DNA from: Candidatus Poribacteria bacterium
GTDB taxonomy: Bacteria > Poribacteria > WGA-4E > PCPOR2b
Length of the DNA: 64,000 bases
NCBI GenBank assembly: GCA_965208325.1
Contig: OZ242326.1
Location: 1,056,001 to 1,120,000, forward strand
Reading direction: 5' to 3'
This document shows, piece after piece, positions 1 through 11,421 of the stretch (the first letter of the stretch is position 1; each line of letters begins with the position of its first letter). Below the pieces are notes generated by a model. The model did not search any database. It saw nothing but the letters and a program-made list of their open reading frames with translations, and was not told the origin of the DNA. Both the position numbers and the translations under genes were made by a program.

Positions 1-72
1 AATTATCCAAAACAGATTGAGATTCATGATTCGCAACTCTGCCGTTACAACTTGTGTAAAAGGGGGATAGTC

Positions 73-1830
73 ATGATGCGTTACATTTTAGCTGCAGTAG
101 GTCTCACTTTCGCCGCACTATTGGCGAGTGCGGAAGAGCAGATATTGTACGTTTCCGGAGAAATCAGAAATGCCGAGATATACAGGCAATTTCCCGGCGG
201 GGAACCCGAAAGGCTCACATTTAACGCCGGAACTGACGGCCATCCCGCGTTATCGCCCGATGGGACGAAGATGGCGTATTTCACGACTATTGATAGGGTA
301 TATCAAATCGCCGTCCTCGACTTTGAATCCGGCGAACGCGAGCAACTTACATTTTCGCGCTGGCCGAGGAGCAATTTCCATCCATCATGGTCTCCGGACG
401 GAAAGCGCATCGCTTACTCTTCAGAAGAAGATGGTGATTTCGATATATATATCATGGATGCCGACGGCAAAAACGTGACAAACATGACCGATAATTCCCG
501 TTGGGACGATAGTTGGCTGCATTGGTCGCCAGCAGGCCCAAAAATTGTGTTTACCTCCAATCGAGATGGAGGAGTGGATGAAGTCTATCTGCTTGATGTA
601 AATACGCGTGTTCAACGCAGACTCACAAACTCATTCATCCGTGCGACTTATCCCAGATGGTCGCCGAACGGTTCCCAGATCGCCTACGTATCGGCAGAAT
701 ACCCTGAGTCGAAGCCGTCAACGTGGTCCATTTGGCACATGAAGGCGGATGGATCGGATTTGGAGAGATTAGTAACAGACGTCGACAGAAACGCACGCCC
801 AAAATACTCACCGGATGGAAAGCGGATTGCGTTTGTATCATCTAGAGACTCAAATACAGATATTTATGCTTTCAACGTCGAAACTAATGAGGAAGCCCGT
901 TTAACGGTGCACCTAGGCTACGACTCGTACCCTGATTGGTCTCCAGACGGCGAGCGAATCGCCTTTGTTTCCACCAGAGACGGGAATCGCGACATCTTCA
1001 CAATGACCCTTGAACGAGAGCAGTTAACCAATTTGACAAAGAGCGTTACATCTGAAGGCTACCCGACTTGGTCTCCTGACGGCGAAAAAATCGCTTTCAG
1101 CCGGCGGCTAGGGGACACCAGTACCAAGATTTTCGTGATAGACAGCACTGGTGAAAACGAAATCAAACTGGCCGACTTGCCGTTTTTCAACCTGTATCCG
1201 TCATGGTCGCCTCGAGGGGATAAAGTCGCTTTTGTGAATTACCCAGAGCGTAAAAATTCTATGTTCCGAATTTTTACGGTTGACCCGGATGGTCAAAACC
1301 TACAAGTGTTATATGAAGATCAGTTGGAAGAGTGGGATTCAGGGATTACTTGGTCAAGTGACGGAACTGAGATTATATTCAGTCGAGCTGGCATTTGGAT
1401 AGTCTTTCTCGACACGGTGACCCTTGAAGTTCGCACGGTGCAACTACCAGTGATCGGTTTCAAGGACCCCAATTGGTCGCGCCACGGTCAAAACATCACT
1501 TTTTCCGCGGTCACCGAATTGGCTGAAACATTTCAACCGCGCGATGGCGTCTACATAATTGATCCCGAAGGGAATCCGTTACGAACAATTTTGACGGACG
1601 GGCGTTCTATAACTTACCTTGGATTAGCTTGGTCGCCGGACGGGAATAAGATTCTCGTCGGCCGCGAAGACGGCATATACACGCTTGACCTGGATACCGA
1701 AGCCATGGAGCTATTCATGGAATCCGCAAGTAATCCGAATTGGCAGGATCCGACGCTACCTCGGTCAGTGTCTCCGCGAAATAAGCTGAACACAACGTGG
1801 GGCGACATGAAAAAACTTGGAGCGCGCTGA
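73..1830 (+). CDS. Secreted TolB-like (PD40/WD40-like repeat) double beta-propeller protein
   Basis: N-terminal signal-peptide-like segment, >10 'P-x-WSPDG-xx-IAF' repeats, C-terminal SVSPRNKLNTTWGDMK tail. ATG at 73/76 after AGGGGG is preferred over the ORF-track TTG start at 52. Confidence 0.8.
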   Translation: MMRYILAAVGLTFAALLASAEEQILYVSGEIRNAEIYRQFPGGEPERLTFNAGTDGHPALSPDGTKMAYFTTIDRVYQIAVLDFESGEREQLTFSRWPRSNFHPSWSPDGKRIAYSSEEDGDFDIYIMDADGKNVTNMTDNSRWDDSWLHWSPAGPKIVFTSNRDGGVDEVYLLDVNTRVQRRLTNSFIRATYPRWSPNGSQIAYVSAEYPESKPSTWSIWHMKADGSDLERLVTDVDRNARPKYSPDGKRIAFVSSRDSNTDIYAFNVETNEEARLTVHLGYDSYPDWSPDGERIAFVSTRDGNRDIFTMTLEREQLTNLTKSVTSEGYPTWSPDGEKIAFSRRLGDTSTKIFVIDSTGENEIKLADLPFFNLYPSWSPRGDKVAFVNYPERKNSMFRIFTVDPDGQNLQVLYEDQLEEWDSGITWSSDGTEIIFSRAGIWIVFLDTVTLEVRTVQLPVIGFKDPNWSRHGQNITFSAVTELAETFQPRDGVYIIDPEGNPLRTILTDGRSITYLGLAWSPDGNKILVGREDGIYTLDLDTEAMELFMESASNPNWQDPTLPRSVSPRNKLNTTWGDMKKLGAR

Positions 1831-1885
1831 AACAATAGACATCTTTCCTAATTAACTCAATGTGGTTGACAAAACCGAAGCGTTA

Positions 1886-2020
1886 AGGGCAACCACAAGG
1901 GTTGCCCCTACAGCGTATTAGCCCAATTTGAGGGTAGTCGTTTTACACCTGCCGCCCCTCTGGGGCTAGATGTTGATGTGTAACAATGTTTTCTATATAC
2001 CTGTCGCCCCTCCGGGGCTA
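1886..2020. repeat. REP-like palindromes: GTAG-type REP (GTAGGGGCAACCCTTGTGGTTGCCCT on - strand, 1886-1911) plus two copies of ACCTGYCGCCCCTCYGGGGCTA
   Basis: Intergenic hairpins read directly; a related motif occurs in the opposite orientation near 44757. Confidence 0.65.
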
Positions 2021-2218
2021 TCCGGCGGTGGAATTATTTTGGAAAGATGTCTAATACATTAGCGTGATCGTAGTTCGAAGAAGCCGTGAATACGCGTAGC
2101 GATTATATTACGCCATTGACACACTTTGGACTCGACCTTCGGTTACAGTTAATCCCCCCAACCAATTCAATCCTACATTGCGTCTCGTTCAGTTCAATTA
2201 TTGGAGGAGAGATACAGC

Positions 2219-3973
2219 ATGATTTATCGCATTGCCATGTTCACCGTAGGTCTCGCTTGCATTGCGTTGTACGCTAACGCGGAAGAGCAGATCCTCTTTG
2301 TATCCGACCGAGACGGGAACAGTGAGATATACAGGTATTTCCCCGGCGGCAGACCCAAGAGGCTTACATTTGACGAAGGACCGGACGGCCATCCAGCGTT
2401 ATCCCCGAATGGGAAATCAATGGCGTATGTCACGACGATTAATCGGGTATCCCAAATCGCTGTGCTGGACTTCAACACCGGCAAACGCCGGCAACTGACC
2501 TTTTCGCCCAAGAACGACGTTCATCCCACATGGTCCCCGGACGGCAGACGAATCGCATTTTCGTCCAACCGCGACGGTGATTTCGATATTTATATCATGA
2601 ATAGAAACGGGACGAACGCGATAAATATGACCGATAATTCCCCTCTGCACGACGGATCGCCTCACTGGTCTCCGGCAAGCCAAAAGATTGTATTTACCTC
2701 TGAGCGGGATCGTCTAGCCCCAAAAGAAGTTTATGTGCTTGATTCCCAGGCTGGTAACCGGCGAAGACTCATCACTTCATCATCATTTGCGTTTAATCCC
2801 AAATGGTCACCGAACGGGTCACTGATTGCGTATTATTCTACGGACATGTCTGACACCTCACCGTCGACTACTCTTCTTTGGCGAGTGAAACCAGATGGTA
2901 CAGAATTGGAAGTATTGGTGGCTGAAGGGGAGTCAAATTCACATCCCAAATTTTCTCCTGATGGATCGTCAATTGCGTTTGTGTCTGAGAGAAACTTTAA
3001 CATGGACATTTATGCTTTAAACCTTGAAACCAAGGAGCTAACTCGCTTAACAACACATCTTGGCTACGATTCGCACCCCGATTGGTCTCCAGATGGAGAA
3101 CGGCTAGCCTTCCTTTCCAGCCGAGACGGGAATTCAGATGTCTTTACAATGACAGTCAACGGAGAGCACATCACAAACCTGACCATGAGCGGCATGAATG
3201 AGGGGTTTCCCACTTGGTCCCCTGACGGAGAAAAAATAGCGTTTAGTCGGTTAATGGGGGACAACAGCGTCAGGATTTACGCGGTTGATTCCGATGGTGA
3301 TAATGAGGTTCAACTGGTTGACTTGCCAGTTGCCAACCTCTACCCTGTCTGGTCCCCGCGCGGGAACAGACTGGCTTTTGTGAATCTCCCGGAACGCGGA
3401 GACCCGACACACCGAATTTATACGGTTGACCCCGATGGGATAAACCTACAAATGTTGTATGAAGATTTGCTCGAACCTATTGACGAAATTGCTTGGTCAC
3501 ACGATGAGTCTCAGATTGTTTTTGGTCGAACCAACAATGCAATCGCCTTTCTGGATACGGAGACAGGAGAAGTCCACTCAATAGATGTGCCTGTATGGAA
3601 TCTGAGTTCCCTAGATTCCTCACCCGACGGGGAGGACATTGTCTTTTCAGCGTTAAAGCCAATCGACAATCCAGTACCGCGCTTAGGAATCTCCATCATT
3701 GATACTGAAGGAACGCTCCTACGAATCGTCCCGACGGACCTGCGAATATCGTTGTTGAACCAAGGGCTTTCGTGGTCTCCCGACGGGAATACAATTCTCG
3801 TCAGTGACGAACATGGCATATACACGCTTGACTTGGACACCGAATCCGTTGAGCTATTCATCGAATCTGCCAGTTACCCGGATTGGCAGAATCCGTCTCT
3901 CCCGCGCTCAGTCACTCCTAAGAATAAGCTGAATACCATATGGGGTGAGATGAAATCCGGAGATACGCGTTGA
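2219..3973 (+). CDS. Secreted TolB-like double beta-propeller protein, tandem paralogue of 73..1830
   Basis: Collinear with the upstream paralogue over its whole length; WSPDG repeats; GGAGGAG SD before ATG 2219; C-terminal SVTPKNKLNTIWGEMK. Confidence 0.8.
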   Translation: MIYRIAMFTVGLACIALYANAEEQILFVSDRDGNSEIYRYFPGGRPKRLTFDEGPDGHPALSPNGKSMAYVTTINRVSQIAVLDFNTGKRRQLTFSPKNDVHPTWSPDGRRIAFSSNRDGDFDIYIMNRNGTNAINMTDNSPLHDGSPHWSPASQKIVFTSERDRLAPKEVYVLDSQAGNRRRLITSSSFAFNPKWSPNGSLIAYYSTDMSDTSPSTTLLWRVKPDGTELEVLVAEGESNSHPKFSPDGSSIAFVSERNFNMDIYALNLETKELTRLTTHLGYDSHPDWSPDGERLAFLSSRDGNSDVFTMTVNGEHITNLTMSGMNEGFPTWSPDGEKIAFSRLMGDNSVRIYAVDSDGDNEVQLVDLPVANLYPVWSPRGNRLAFVNLPERGDPTHRIYTVDPDGINLQMLYEDLLEPIDEIAWSHDESQIVFGRTNNAIAFLDTETGEVHSIDVPVWNLSSLDSSPDGEDIVFSALKPIDNPVPRLGISIIDTEGTLLRIVPTDLRISLLNQGLSWSPDGNTILVSDEHGIYTLDLDTESVELFIESASYPDWQNPSLPRSVTPKNKLNTIWGEMKSGDTR

Positions 3974-4093
3974 TACGATTTGTGAAACATTTTCGCGTGA
4001 AATTCGGTTTTATAGCACAAATGTTCGTTTTCACGAAATTCGAAGGATGCGTTACATATCATGTCGCACATCTTATGTCACACGGAGGAAAAC

Positions 4094-4672
4094 ATGTTTC
4101 CAGTCTCAGAAGCGATTCAATCGCGGCGGACTATTTTTCATTTTAAACCTGAACAGGTCGCACGGGATTTACTTGAAGAGGTGCTCGCGGCGGGTATCTG
4201 GGCGCCTAACCACCGTCTAACCGAGCCGTGGCGGTTCACCGTCATCGGTGAACAGACCAAGTTGAAGCTGGCAGAGCGGTATCGACAGATTCAGATTGAA
4301 AAGGTTTCAAAAAGCGCAGATGTCGACGAAGCTGCGCTCGCAAACGTAGGCGAGAAAGGGTTCGACAAGTTCATGTCCAAACCCACGGTCGTAGCCGTTT
4401 CGTGTCTTCAGGAAGGGGACGAACAGCGGCAGCGAGAGGACTATGCGGCGACGTGCTGTGCTTTGTATTGCATTCAGCTCGCCGGATGGGAGCGGGGCAT
4501 CGGGATGCAGTGGAGTACCGGCCCTATTACGCTGGAACGGCAAACTTACGAACTTCTCGGTATTGACGCCGAGCAAGAATACATGGTTGGTTTCTGTTAT
4601 GTCGGCTATCCGGCTGACGTGCCAACCCCCAAGCGCAAACCGCTGCACGACGTACTGCACTGGACAGTATAA
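4094..4672 (+). CDS. Nitroreductase family protein (YdjA-like)
   Basis: SRRTI, WAPNHRLTEPWRF and GIGMQWSTG motifs; GGAGG SD before ATG 4094. Confidence 0.85.
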   Translation: MFPVSEAIQSRRTIFHFKPEQVARDLLEEVLAAGIWAPNHRLTEPWRFTVIGEQTKLKLAERYRQIQIEKVSKSADVDEAALANVGEKGFDKFMSKPTVVAVSCLQEGDEQRQREDYAATCCALYCIQLAGWERGIGMQWSTGPITLERQTYELLGIDAEQEYMVGFCYVGYPADVPTPKRKPLHDVLHWTV

Positions 4673-4705
4673 TCGCAACCGTACCGCTGTTTGACCCATA
4701 CAGCA

Positions 4706-6178
4706 ATGAACGAATACGATCTCACGATTATCGGCGGCGGCAGTGCAGGCTTGGTTTTAGCAGTAGCGAGTGCAAAGCTGGGAAAGAAGACGGCTCTCGT
4801 CGAGAAACATAAACTAGGCGGCGATTGCTTGTGGACAGGGTGTGTCCCATCAAAGGCGTTTCTGAAATCCGCCCACATCGCCCACCTCATGAATACGGCG
4901 GAACGTTTCGGGATTACGGTTGGAGGCGTGGGCATCGACTTTCAGCGTGTCATGCAGCATGTCCGGAGCGCCCAGGGGACTATTGAGCGCGAACACGATA
5001 ATCCGGAGCGATTCCGTGAATTGGGCGTTGATGTCATCTTCGGCAGCGGGCATTTTGACTCACCGAGGTCTTTCATTGTCGAAGATTGTGAGAAGCACGA
5101 TACGACTTCGCTGACTAGTAAGAAATACGTAATTTCAACCGGATCCCGCCCTGCTGCGCCGCCAATTACCGGTATTGAATCCATCAACTATTTGGACAGC
5201 CACAACGTTTGGGAGATTGGGAAACTCCCGCAAACGCTGCTAGTGGCGGGCGCCGGGCCAATCGGCGTCGAATTAGGGCAAGCTTTCAACCGCTTGGGCG
5301 CAGAGGTCACAATTGTGCAGCGGAGTGATCGCATTCTGCCTAGGGAGGAGCACGTCGTCTCCCATCGGATGCTGGAATGCCTTCGAACAGAAGGCATCTC
5401 GATTCTCCTCAACACCAATCTCCACGAAGTGACAGATGCCGTACCAAATCACGATGAAAATCGCCGCGCTCCGACTAATGGGAATTACAGTGTCGTGCTG
5501 GATACACGCGGCGAGAAGCGGGAACTGACAGTAGATCAGATCTTGATAGCGACAGGCCGAAACCCCAACATCGAAGGATTGGGGCTTGAACGAATTGGTG
5601 TACGGGTAGGGAAACACGGAATTGAAGTCAACGAGAAGCTACAAACCTCGGTCAAGAATATTTATGCCGCCGGCGATGTCATCGGACATTACCTGTTTAC
5701 CCACGTCGCGGCATTCCAAGCGCAGCAGATAATTCGCAATATCTTCTTCCCGGGGGCGGCATCAATAAATTACGCTGCAGTCCCTTGGACGACATTCTGC
5801 GATCCGGAGGTAGCCCGGTGCGGACTGACGGAGGCGGAAGCGCGGCGGAAATACGGTGATGTTGATGTGTTTACCGTGGATTTTAAAGATGTGGATAGAG
5901 CGGTGGCAGAAGGTGAAACAGAGGGATTTATCAAGATTGTTGCGACAAAGTGGACCGGCAAGATTCTAGGTGTACACCTGCTTGGTCCGCGCGCCGGGGA
6001 GATTCTCCACGAGTTTGTTTTAGCAATGAAGGCAGGGATTTCGTTGCGCAAGTTGACTTCGATAATACACGTTTATCCAACCTATTCCAGCATCGTTTGG
6101 CAGGTTGCCGGAAAGTGGCTTGCCGAAGGCACGCTTGTCAACACGGTTCGGAACTTCTTACGCAAGAGCGGAAAATAA
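4706..6178 (+). CDS. Class I pyridine nucleotide-disulfide oxidoreductase (dihydrolipoamide dehydrogenase/mercuric reductase-like)
   Basis: GGGSAG FAD-binding motif, GGDCLWTGCVPSK redox disulfide, GAGPIG NAD-binding motif, HVYPT; no C-terminal Cys-Cys. Confidence 0.85.
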   Translation: MNEYDLTIIGGGSAGLVLAVASAKLGKKTALVEKHKLGGDCLWTGCVPSKAFLKSAHIAHLMNTAERFGITVGGVGIDFQRVMQHVRSAQGTIEREHDNPERFRELGVDVIFGSGHFDSPRSFIVEDCEKHDTTSLTSKKYVISTGSRPAAPPITGIESINYLDSHNVWEIGKLPQTLLVAGAGPIGVELGQAFNRLGAEVTIVQRSDRILPREEHVVSHRMLECLRTEGISILLNTNLHEVTDAVPNHDENRRAPTNGNYSVVLDTRGEKRELTVDQILIATGRNPNIEGLGLERIGVRVGKHGIEVNEKLQTSVKNIYAAGDVIGHYLFTHVAAFQAQQIIRNIFFPGAASINYAAVPWTTFCDPEVARCGLTEAEARRKYGDVDVFTVDFKDVDRAVAEGETEGFIKIVATKWTGKILGVHLLGPRAGEILHEFVLAMKAGISLRKLTSIIHVYPTYSSIVWQVAGKWLAEGTLVNTVRNFLRKSGK

Positions 6179-6262
6179 CATAGAGACGAAACACGATTGG
6201 GATCTGTTCAAAGGCGCCTTGTTCAGTAACGTGCGTTCCAACCTTCCGCACCGCACATGATT

Positions 6263-7417
6263 CTATTGCTCCTCGTCATCGTGATTGTGCCGGTGAAACA
6301 GCTTATCGCCTAATTTGTCGAAAAACCCGGTGTGCTCCCCACCTACCTGCTCTCCTCGGACTCGGGCAAACTCCGCCAACATCTCTTGTTCTCGATCGGT
6401 TAAACGCGATGGCGTTTCTATTCTAACCTTCACGATGCAATTCCCACGCCCATAGTGATTGTGGTGTGGAACGCCCTTACCGGGAATGCGCAATCTCCCG
6501 CCATATTGCGTTCCGGGCGGGATGGTAAGCGGGATAGGCCCATCAATTGTATCAACTTCAATCTCCGCGCCCAGCGCAGCTTGTGTGAAGGAGATTGTGG
6601 CTACTGTAATTAGGTCGTTGTCTTCCCGATCGAATCGATTGTGGGGCGCAACTTCAATCAAAATATAGAGATCGCCGGGCGGGCCGCCGTTAACCCCAGC
6701 CTCACCTTCACCGCGCAACGAAATTTTGAATCCTGTATCAACGCCTTTTGGAATTGCCACTTTCAGTTGCCGAGTCACCCGCACGACGCCTTGACCTTGG
6801 CATGATTTACACGGACGAGAGATGATTTGGCCTTCACCGCGGCACCGTGAGCAGGTTCGGGACATGGAAAAAAAGCCCTGTGAACGTGTAACTTGACCGC
6901 GCCCGTGGCAATCGGGGCAGGTTTGTGGGCTTGAACCGGGCTCGCTTCTTGTCCCATGGCAAGCCTTACACGATTCAAGGCGCGGGACATCAATCGGGGC
7001 AGTTTTTCCATTTATAACATCTTCCAGTGAAATTTGTAAGTTGTATTGCAGGCTGCGCCCCCGTTTCGGAGCTCTTTGCCCGCGGGTACTGCCGGTTCCG
7101 AAAAGATCTCCAAAGTCGCCAAAGATATCGCCGACGATGTCTTCAAAGTTGCCGAAATCAAACCCGAATCCGCTAGATCTAATCGAACCTTCTACGCCTG
7201 CATGGCCGAACTGGTCGTAACGGCTGCGCTTTTCAGCGTCACCCAAAACTTCATACGCCTCAGTGGCCTCTTTAAAACTCTCTTCCGCGTTTTTGTCGCC
7301 GGGGTTCTTATCCGGATGGAATTTTATTGCGAGCTTCCGGTACGCCTTCTTAATCTCGTCTTGGCTCGCACCTCTGCCTACGCTGAGCACGTCGTAGTAA
7401 TCTCGTTTTTCTCTCAT
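6263..7417 (-). CDS. dnaJ: Chaperone DnaJ
   Basis: J-domain with HPD, G/F region, four CxxCxGxx zinc-finger repeats. Confidence 0.97.
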   Translation of the reverse strand: MREKRDYYDVLSVGRGASQDEIKKAYRKLAIKFHPDKNPGDKNAEESFKEATEAYEVLGDAEKRSRYDQFGHAGVEGSIRSSGFGFDFGNFEDIVGDIFGDFGDLFGTGSTRGQRAPKRGRSLQYNLQISLEDVINGKTAPIDVPRLESCKACHGTRSEPGSSPQTCPDCHGRGQVTRSQGFFSMSRTCSRCRGEGQIISRPCKSCQGQGVVRVTRQLKVAIPKGVDTGFKISLRGEGEAGVNGGPPGDLYILIEVAPHNRFDREDNDLITVATISFTQAALGAEIEVDTIDGPIPLTIPPGTQYGGRLRIPGKGVPHHNHYGRGNCIVKVRIETPSRLTDREQEMLAEFARVRGEQVGGEHTGFFDKLGDKLFHRHNHDDEEQ

Positions 7418-7428
7418 GGAACTCTCCT

Positions 7429-9393
7429 CTATTGCTTGTCGGTAGTGCCCGTAGCTTTGTCACCAGAGCGGTCGTCAGTATGCTCAACATCTTCTGCTTC
7501 GATGTCGATGATTTTTTCCTCAGCATCCGTATTTTCTGTCTGATTCTCCGTCTCCGTTCCCGCTTCAGCATCACTTTGCCCGTCAGCCGCCGCCTCGGCA
7601 TACATGGCTTCAGCCAACTTGTGGGAAGCTTGCAGCAACGCCTCGGTGTCTGTTTTTATTGTTTCAACATCTTCGCCTTTTAAGCTCTCTTTAAGTTTCT
7701 GAATCGCCGTTTCTATGGTGTTTCGATCCGCTTCAGAAACTTTATCGCCATATTCCTGTAATGATTTTTCCGTGCCATAGACCAGCGAATCGGCTTGGTT
7801 TCGAACTTCAACCGTCTCTTTTCTTTGTTGATCTTCCTCCGCATGAGCTTCACCATCCTTAATCATCTGTTCAATCTCAGTATCCGACAGGCCGCTGGAA
7901 GACTCAATGCGAATTTTCTGTTCCTTACCGGTACCTAAATCTTTCGCCGAGACATGCACAATCCCGTTGGCGTCAATATCAAAGGTGACTTCAATCTGGG
8001 GTACACCGCGCGGTGCGGGGGGAATACCGACCAAATCGAACCGCCCGAGTGTCCGGTTATAGACCGCCATTTCACGTTCGCCCTGCAAGACGTGAATATT
8101 GACAGCCTCTTGGTTGTCAGCGGCTGTCGAAAAAATTTGTGTTTTCTTAGTCGGGATGGTTGTATTTCGTTCAATTAGCCGTGTGAAGACCTGTCCGAGT
8201 GTCTCGATGCCCAATGACAAGGGCGTTACATCAAGCAACAGGACATCTTTGACGCCTTCATCACCGGATAACACCCCGGCCTGAATTGCCGCCCCGATAG
8301 CGACGACTTCGTCCGGATTGACGCCTTTGTGCGGCGCCTTAGTGAATAGCTGTTCAACCATCTCCTGAACTTTGGGCATACGGGTCTGTCCGCCGACGAG
8401 CACGATTTCGTCAATGTCCGAAGGACTCAATTCAGCGTCCGCCATGGCTTGCCGGCAGGGTTCGATTGTCCGTTCAATCAAGTTCATGGTCAGTTGCTCA
8501 AGCTTGGCTCTGGTAAGCGTAATAGTCATATGCTTGGGACCGCTGGCGTCCGCTGTGATAAATGGCAAATTAACTTCCGACTGCAGCGCCGTAGACAGTT
8601 CGCACTTAGCCTTTTCAGCGGCTTCTTTCAGGCGTTGGAGCGCCATTGGATCTTTGCGTAAATCAATGCCATTGTCCTTCAGAAATTCTTCCGCCAACCA
8701 ATCGACGATGCACTGATCGAAATCATCGCCGCCAAGATGCGTGTCTCCATTGGTGCTTTTGACCTCGAAAACGCCATCGCCGATTTCAAGAATTGAGATG
8801 TCAAATGTCCCTCCGCCAAGGTCATAGACCGCGATTTTTTCGTCCGACTTCTTGTCCAGACCGTACACTAGCGAAGCGGCGGTCGGTTCATTGATAATGC
8901 GCAACACTTCCAGCCCCGCGATGCGTCCGGCGTCTTTTGTCGCCTGCCGCTGCGCATCATTAAAATAGGCAGGAACAGTAATCACAGCTTGTGAGACGGC
9001 TTCACCGAGGTAGGCTTCGGCAGTCTCTTTCATCTTTCGCAATGTCATTGCCGATAATTCGAGAGGCGCATATTCTTGGTCGCCGATTTTAACTTTTGCT
9101 TCCTGGTTGGGTCCTGTTACGACTTGATAAGACACCCGCTCAATTTCTTGCGTTACCTCCTCATAACGCCGCCCCATAAAACGCTTGACAGAAAAGACGG
9201 TGTTCTCGGGATTGGTCACAGCTTGCCTTTTTGCAACTTGCCCCACAATTCGTTCGTCATCTTTTGTAAATGCGACCACTGAGGGTGTAGTACGGCTTCC
9301 CTCAGTGTTGGGGATAACCTTCGGTTCACCTCCTTCCAATACTGCGACGCACGAGTTTGTGGTACCAAGGTCTATTCCAATCACTTTACTCAT
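7429..9393 (-). CDS. dnaK: Chaperone DnaK (Hsp70)
   Basis: [22 protein letters not shown] and DLGGGTFD signatures; true start is ATG 9393, overlapping the grpE end. Confidence 0.98.
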   Translation of the reverse strand: MSKVIGIDLGTTNSCVAVLEGGEPKVIPNTEGSRTTPSVVAFTKDDERIVGQVAKRQAVTNPENTVFSVKRFMGRRYEEVTQEIERVSYQVVTGPNQEAKVKIGDQEYAPLELSAMTLRKMKETAEAYLGEAVSQAVITVPAYFNDAQRQATKDAGRIAGLEVLRIINEPTAASLVYGLDKKSDEKIAVYDLGGGTFDISILEIGDGVFEVKSTNGDTHLGGDDFDQCIVDWLAEEFLKDNGIDLRKDPMALQRLKEAAEKAKCELSTALQSEVNLPFITADASGPKHMTITLTRAKLEQLTMNLIERTIEPCRQAMADAELSPSDIDEIVLVGGQTRMPKVQEMVEQLFTKAPHKGVNPDEVVAIGAAIQAGVLSGDEGVKDVLLLDVTPLSLGIETLGQVFTRLIERNTTIPTKKTQIFSTAADNQEAVNIHVLQGEREMAVYNRTLGRFDLVGIPPAPRGVPQIEVTFDIDANGIVHVSAKDLGTGKEQKIRIESSSGLSDTEIEQMIKDGEAHAEEDQQRKETVEVRNQADSLVYGTEKSLQEYGDKVSEADRNTIETAIQKLKESLKGEDVETIKTDTEALLQASHKLAEAMYAEAAADGQSDAEAGTETENQTENTDAEEKIIDIEAEDVEHTDDRSGDKATGTTDKQ

Positions 9394-10111
9394 TCGATTC
9401 TTCCTCCTTTTCACCTTCATCGTCCGGTGATGTGTTTTCCGTCTGTGGTTTTCCCTTAGAGACCGATACCATAGATGGGCGAATGACCCGGTCGTGCAGC
9501 AGATACCCGCGTTGAAACTCCTCAATTACGGCGTTTTCCTCGACATCTTCAGAGTCAATGTGCATTACTGCTTCGTGGAGATTCGGATCGAACGGCTCAC
9601 CTTGAGCTTCAATCACCGTTACATCTCGCTTTTTGAGTAATTCGCCAAGTTGCTTGTGAATCAGTTGAATGCCTTCGTTCAGAGAATCAAAATCTTTCGA
9701 CTCCTTTGCGGATTCGATACCTCTTTCTATACTGTCCATGACTAAAATTAAATCTTTGATGACGCCTTCGACTGCATACTTAAAGAACTCAGTTTTCTCA
9801 CGCTCCGCGCGTTTTTTTGAATTTTCGTAGTCGGCAATGGTACGAAGCATCCGATCAGACCGATCTTCAAACTCGGCATTCTTGGCTTGTGCGCCATCTA
9901 ACTCCTCTTTCATCCGAGCAAATTCTTCGGCGGAAGGCGCTGCTTCCGACTCGGATTCCGCTTCGTCCACGCTTTCACTAGCATCCTCCGAGGCTTCAGC
10001 TTCAGAGGCTGGCGCTTCGTCCGCCGAATCTGCCTGAACGTCTTTTGCGCCGTCTTCCGATGTAGTGCCTTCGGCTTCCGCCTCTATTTGTACCTCTATT
10101 GTTTCTGACAT
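9386..10111 (-). CDS. grpE: Nucleotide exchange factor GrpE
   Basis: [18 protein letters not shown] and [14 protein letters not shown]; lies between hrcA and dnaK. Confidence 0.96.
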   Translation of the reverse strand: MSETIEVQIEAEAEGTTSEDGAKDVQADSADEAPASEAEASEDASESVDEAESESEAAPSAEEFARMKEELDGAQAKNAEFEDRSDRMLRTIADYENSKKRAEREKTEFFKYAVEGVIKDLILVMDSIERGIESAKESKDFDSLNEGIQLIHKQLGELLKKRDVTVIEAQGEPFDPNLHEAVMHIDSEDVEENAVIEEFQRGYLLHDRVIRPSMVSVSKGKPQTENTSPDDEGEKEEESNE

Positions 10112-10152
10112 TTCATCACCTCATATCAATGGATTCAATCACTAATGGCTCA

Positions 10153-11208
10153 TCATACCGCCTTTTGAAGATGTTGACCGATAACATGCGCCGTAAATTT
10201 TACGATTGACACCACACGCGAGTATTCCATCCGCGTTGGTCCGATCACGCCTATGGTGCCGAGTAAATCGCCTTGAACGCTAAAAGTCGACTGGACGACA
10301 CTGCACATCTCCATTCCTTCACACCTATTTTCGCTGCCGATAAGCACCTGAATGTCAGGACTCTCTTTTTTTGGCGAGAGGAGGTCTGCTACTCGTTCTT
10401 TTTGCTCCAAAAAACGAAACAACGGTTCAATTTGTTCCACTTCCAAAAATTCAGGCTGGCCGAAAAAATTGGAAGTGCCGTTTAGATAAACGTGGATTTC
10501 CCTATCCAGCGAAAAGGTGCTGCGCGCCAGCGTTGCGACAGAATCAGACAGATCCTGATCGAAAACCGCTTTTAGATTTTTATGGCTTTGTGAAATTCGT
10601 TGTATCTCCCCCAAGGACAATCCCGCTAACTTTTCATTCAGAATTCGGCTGATTCGTTTGATATCAGCTTTGGATACGCTTTCACGGATGGAAATCACTT
10701 GATTCTTGACAAGCCCTGAATTCGTAATCAATACGACTACTACCCGCTGGGTATCGAGCGGAATGAGTTCCAATCGCCGTAGAATACCATCATGCAATTG
10801 AGGGCTTAAAGCAACTCCGATGTAATGAGAAATTTGAGATAAAATCTTAGAAGTCTGTTCGACGGTTTCAACAATATCGAGTTCCGATGAGTCGTACCAT
10901 TGTCGAATGAATCTACACTCCTCATCCGTTAACCGTTGAGTTGTCATCATATTGTCGACGTACACGCGATAGCCGAGTTCCGTTGGGATTCGCCCCGCCG
11001 ACGTATGCGGTTGCGTCAAGTAGCCATATTCTCCAAGCTGCGCCATCGTATTCCGAATAGTTGCCGGGCTCAATCTCATGTCACATTGCCGAGCAATCGT
11101 CCGGGAGCTGACAGGCTTCGCTGTCCGATTATAGCATGTAATAATCGCTTCAAGCACCTCGCGTTTTCGGGCATTCAGCACAGCGGTTGTCAATGGCGCC
11201 GCCCCCAT
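10153..11208 (-). CDS. hrcA: Heat-inducible transcription repressor HrcA
   Basis: PVSSR, SPATIRN, QPHTSAGRIPT and IGVIGPTRM motifs. Start placed at ATG 11208 because the ORF-track start (11235) lies inside the CIRCE. Confidence 0.95.
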   Translation of the reverse strand: MGAAPLTTAVLNARKREVLEAIITCYNRTAKPVSSRTIARQCDMRLSPATIRNTMAQLGEYGYLTQPHTSAGRIPTELGYRVYVDNMMTTQRLTDEECRFIRQWYDSSELDIVETVEQTSKILSQISHYIGVALSPQLHDGILRRLELIPLDTQRVVVVLITNSGLVKNQVISIRESVSKADIKRISRILNEKLAGLSLGEIQRISQSHKNLKAVFDQDLSDSVATLARSTFSLDREIHVYLNGTSNFFGQPEFLEVEQIEPLFRFLEQKERVADLLSPKKESPDIQVLIGSENRCEGMEMCSVVQSTFSVQGDLLGTIGVIGPTRMEYSRVVSIVKFTAHVIGQHLQKAV

Positions 11209-11219
11209 CTCTCTTAATG

Positions 11220-11246
11220 TTAGCACTCTTTTCATAAGAGTGCTAA
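11220..11246. promoter_or_regulatory. CIRCE operator (HrcA binding site)
   Basis: Perfect TTAGCACTC-N9-GAGTGCTAA just upstream of hrcA. Confidence 0.97.
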
Positions 11247-11254
11247 ATCGGGTA

Positions 11255-11284
11255 AAGATACCATTTTACCCACCGATGTGTCAA
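11255..11284 (-). promoter_or_regulatory. Sigma70-type promoter of the hrcA-grpE-dnaK-dnaJ operon
   Basis: TTGACA-18 nt-TATCTT with a TGn extension, immediately upstream of the CIRCE. Confidence 0.65.
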
Positions 11285-11421
11285 GCCAAAAGGAAAAGAG
11301 TCACATGCCAGCGTCATCGACACGAACCCTTTCTCTCTGCACCTCGAAGACCAGTTTTAATTTGCGCCGCCTTACCGGCCACGCCCATATAAGTAACACT
11401 GCACCCTATCTGTATGCACAC

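Noticed and set aside
73..3973. True tolB genes
   Set aside because: No TolB N-terminal domain, the propellers are doubled, and there are no tolQRA/pal neighbours.
4706..6178. Mercuric reductase MerA
   Set aside because: No C-terminal Cys-Cys pair, no N-terminal metal-binding domain and no mer genes nearby.
9394..9525. N-terminal extension of DnaK in the ORF track
   Set aside because: It overlaps grpE; the canonical [10 protein letters not shown] start is at 9393.
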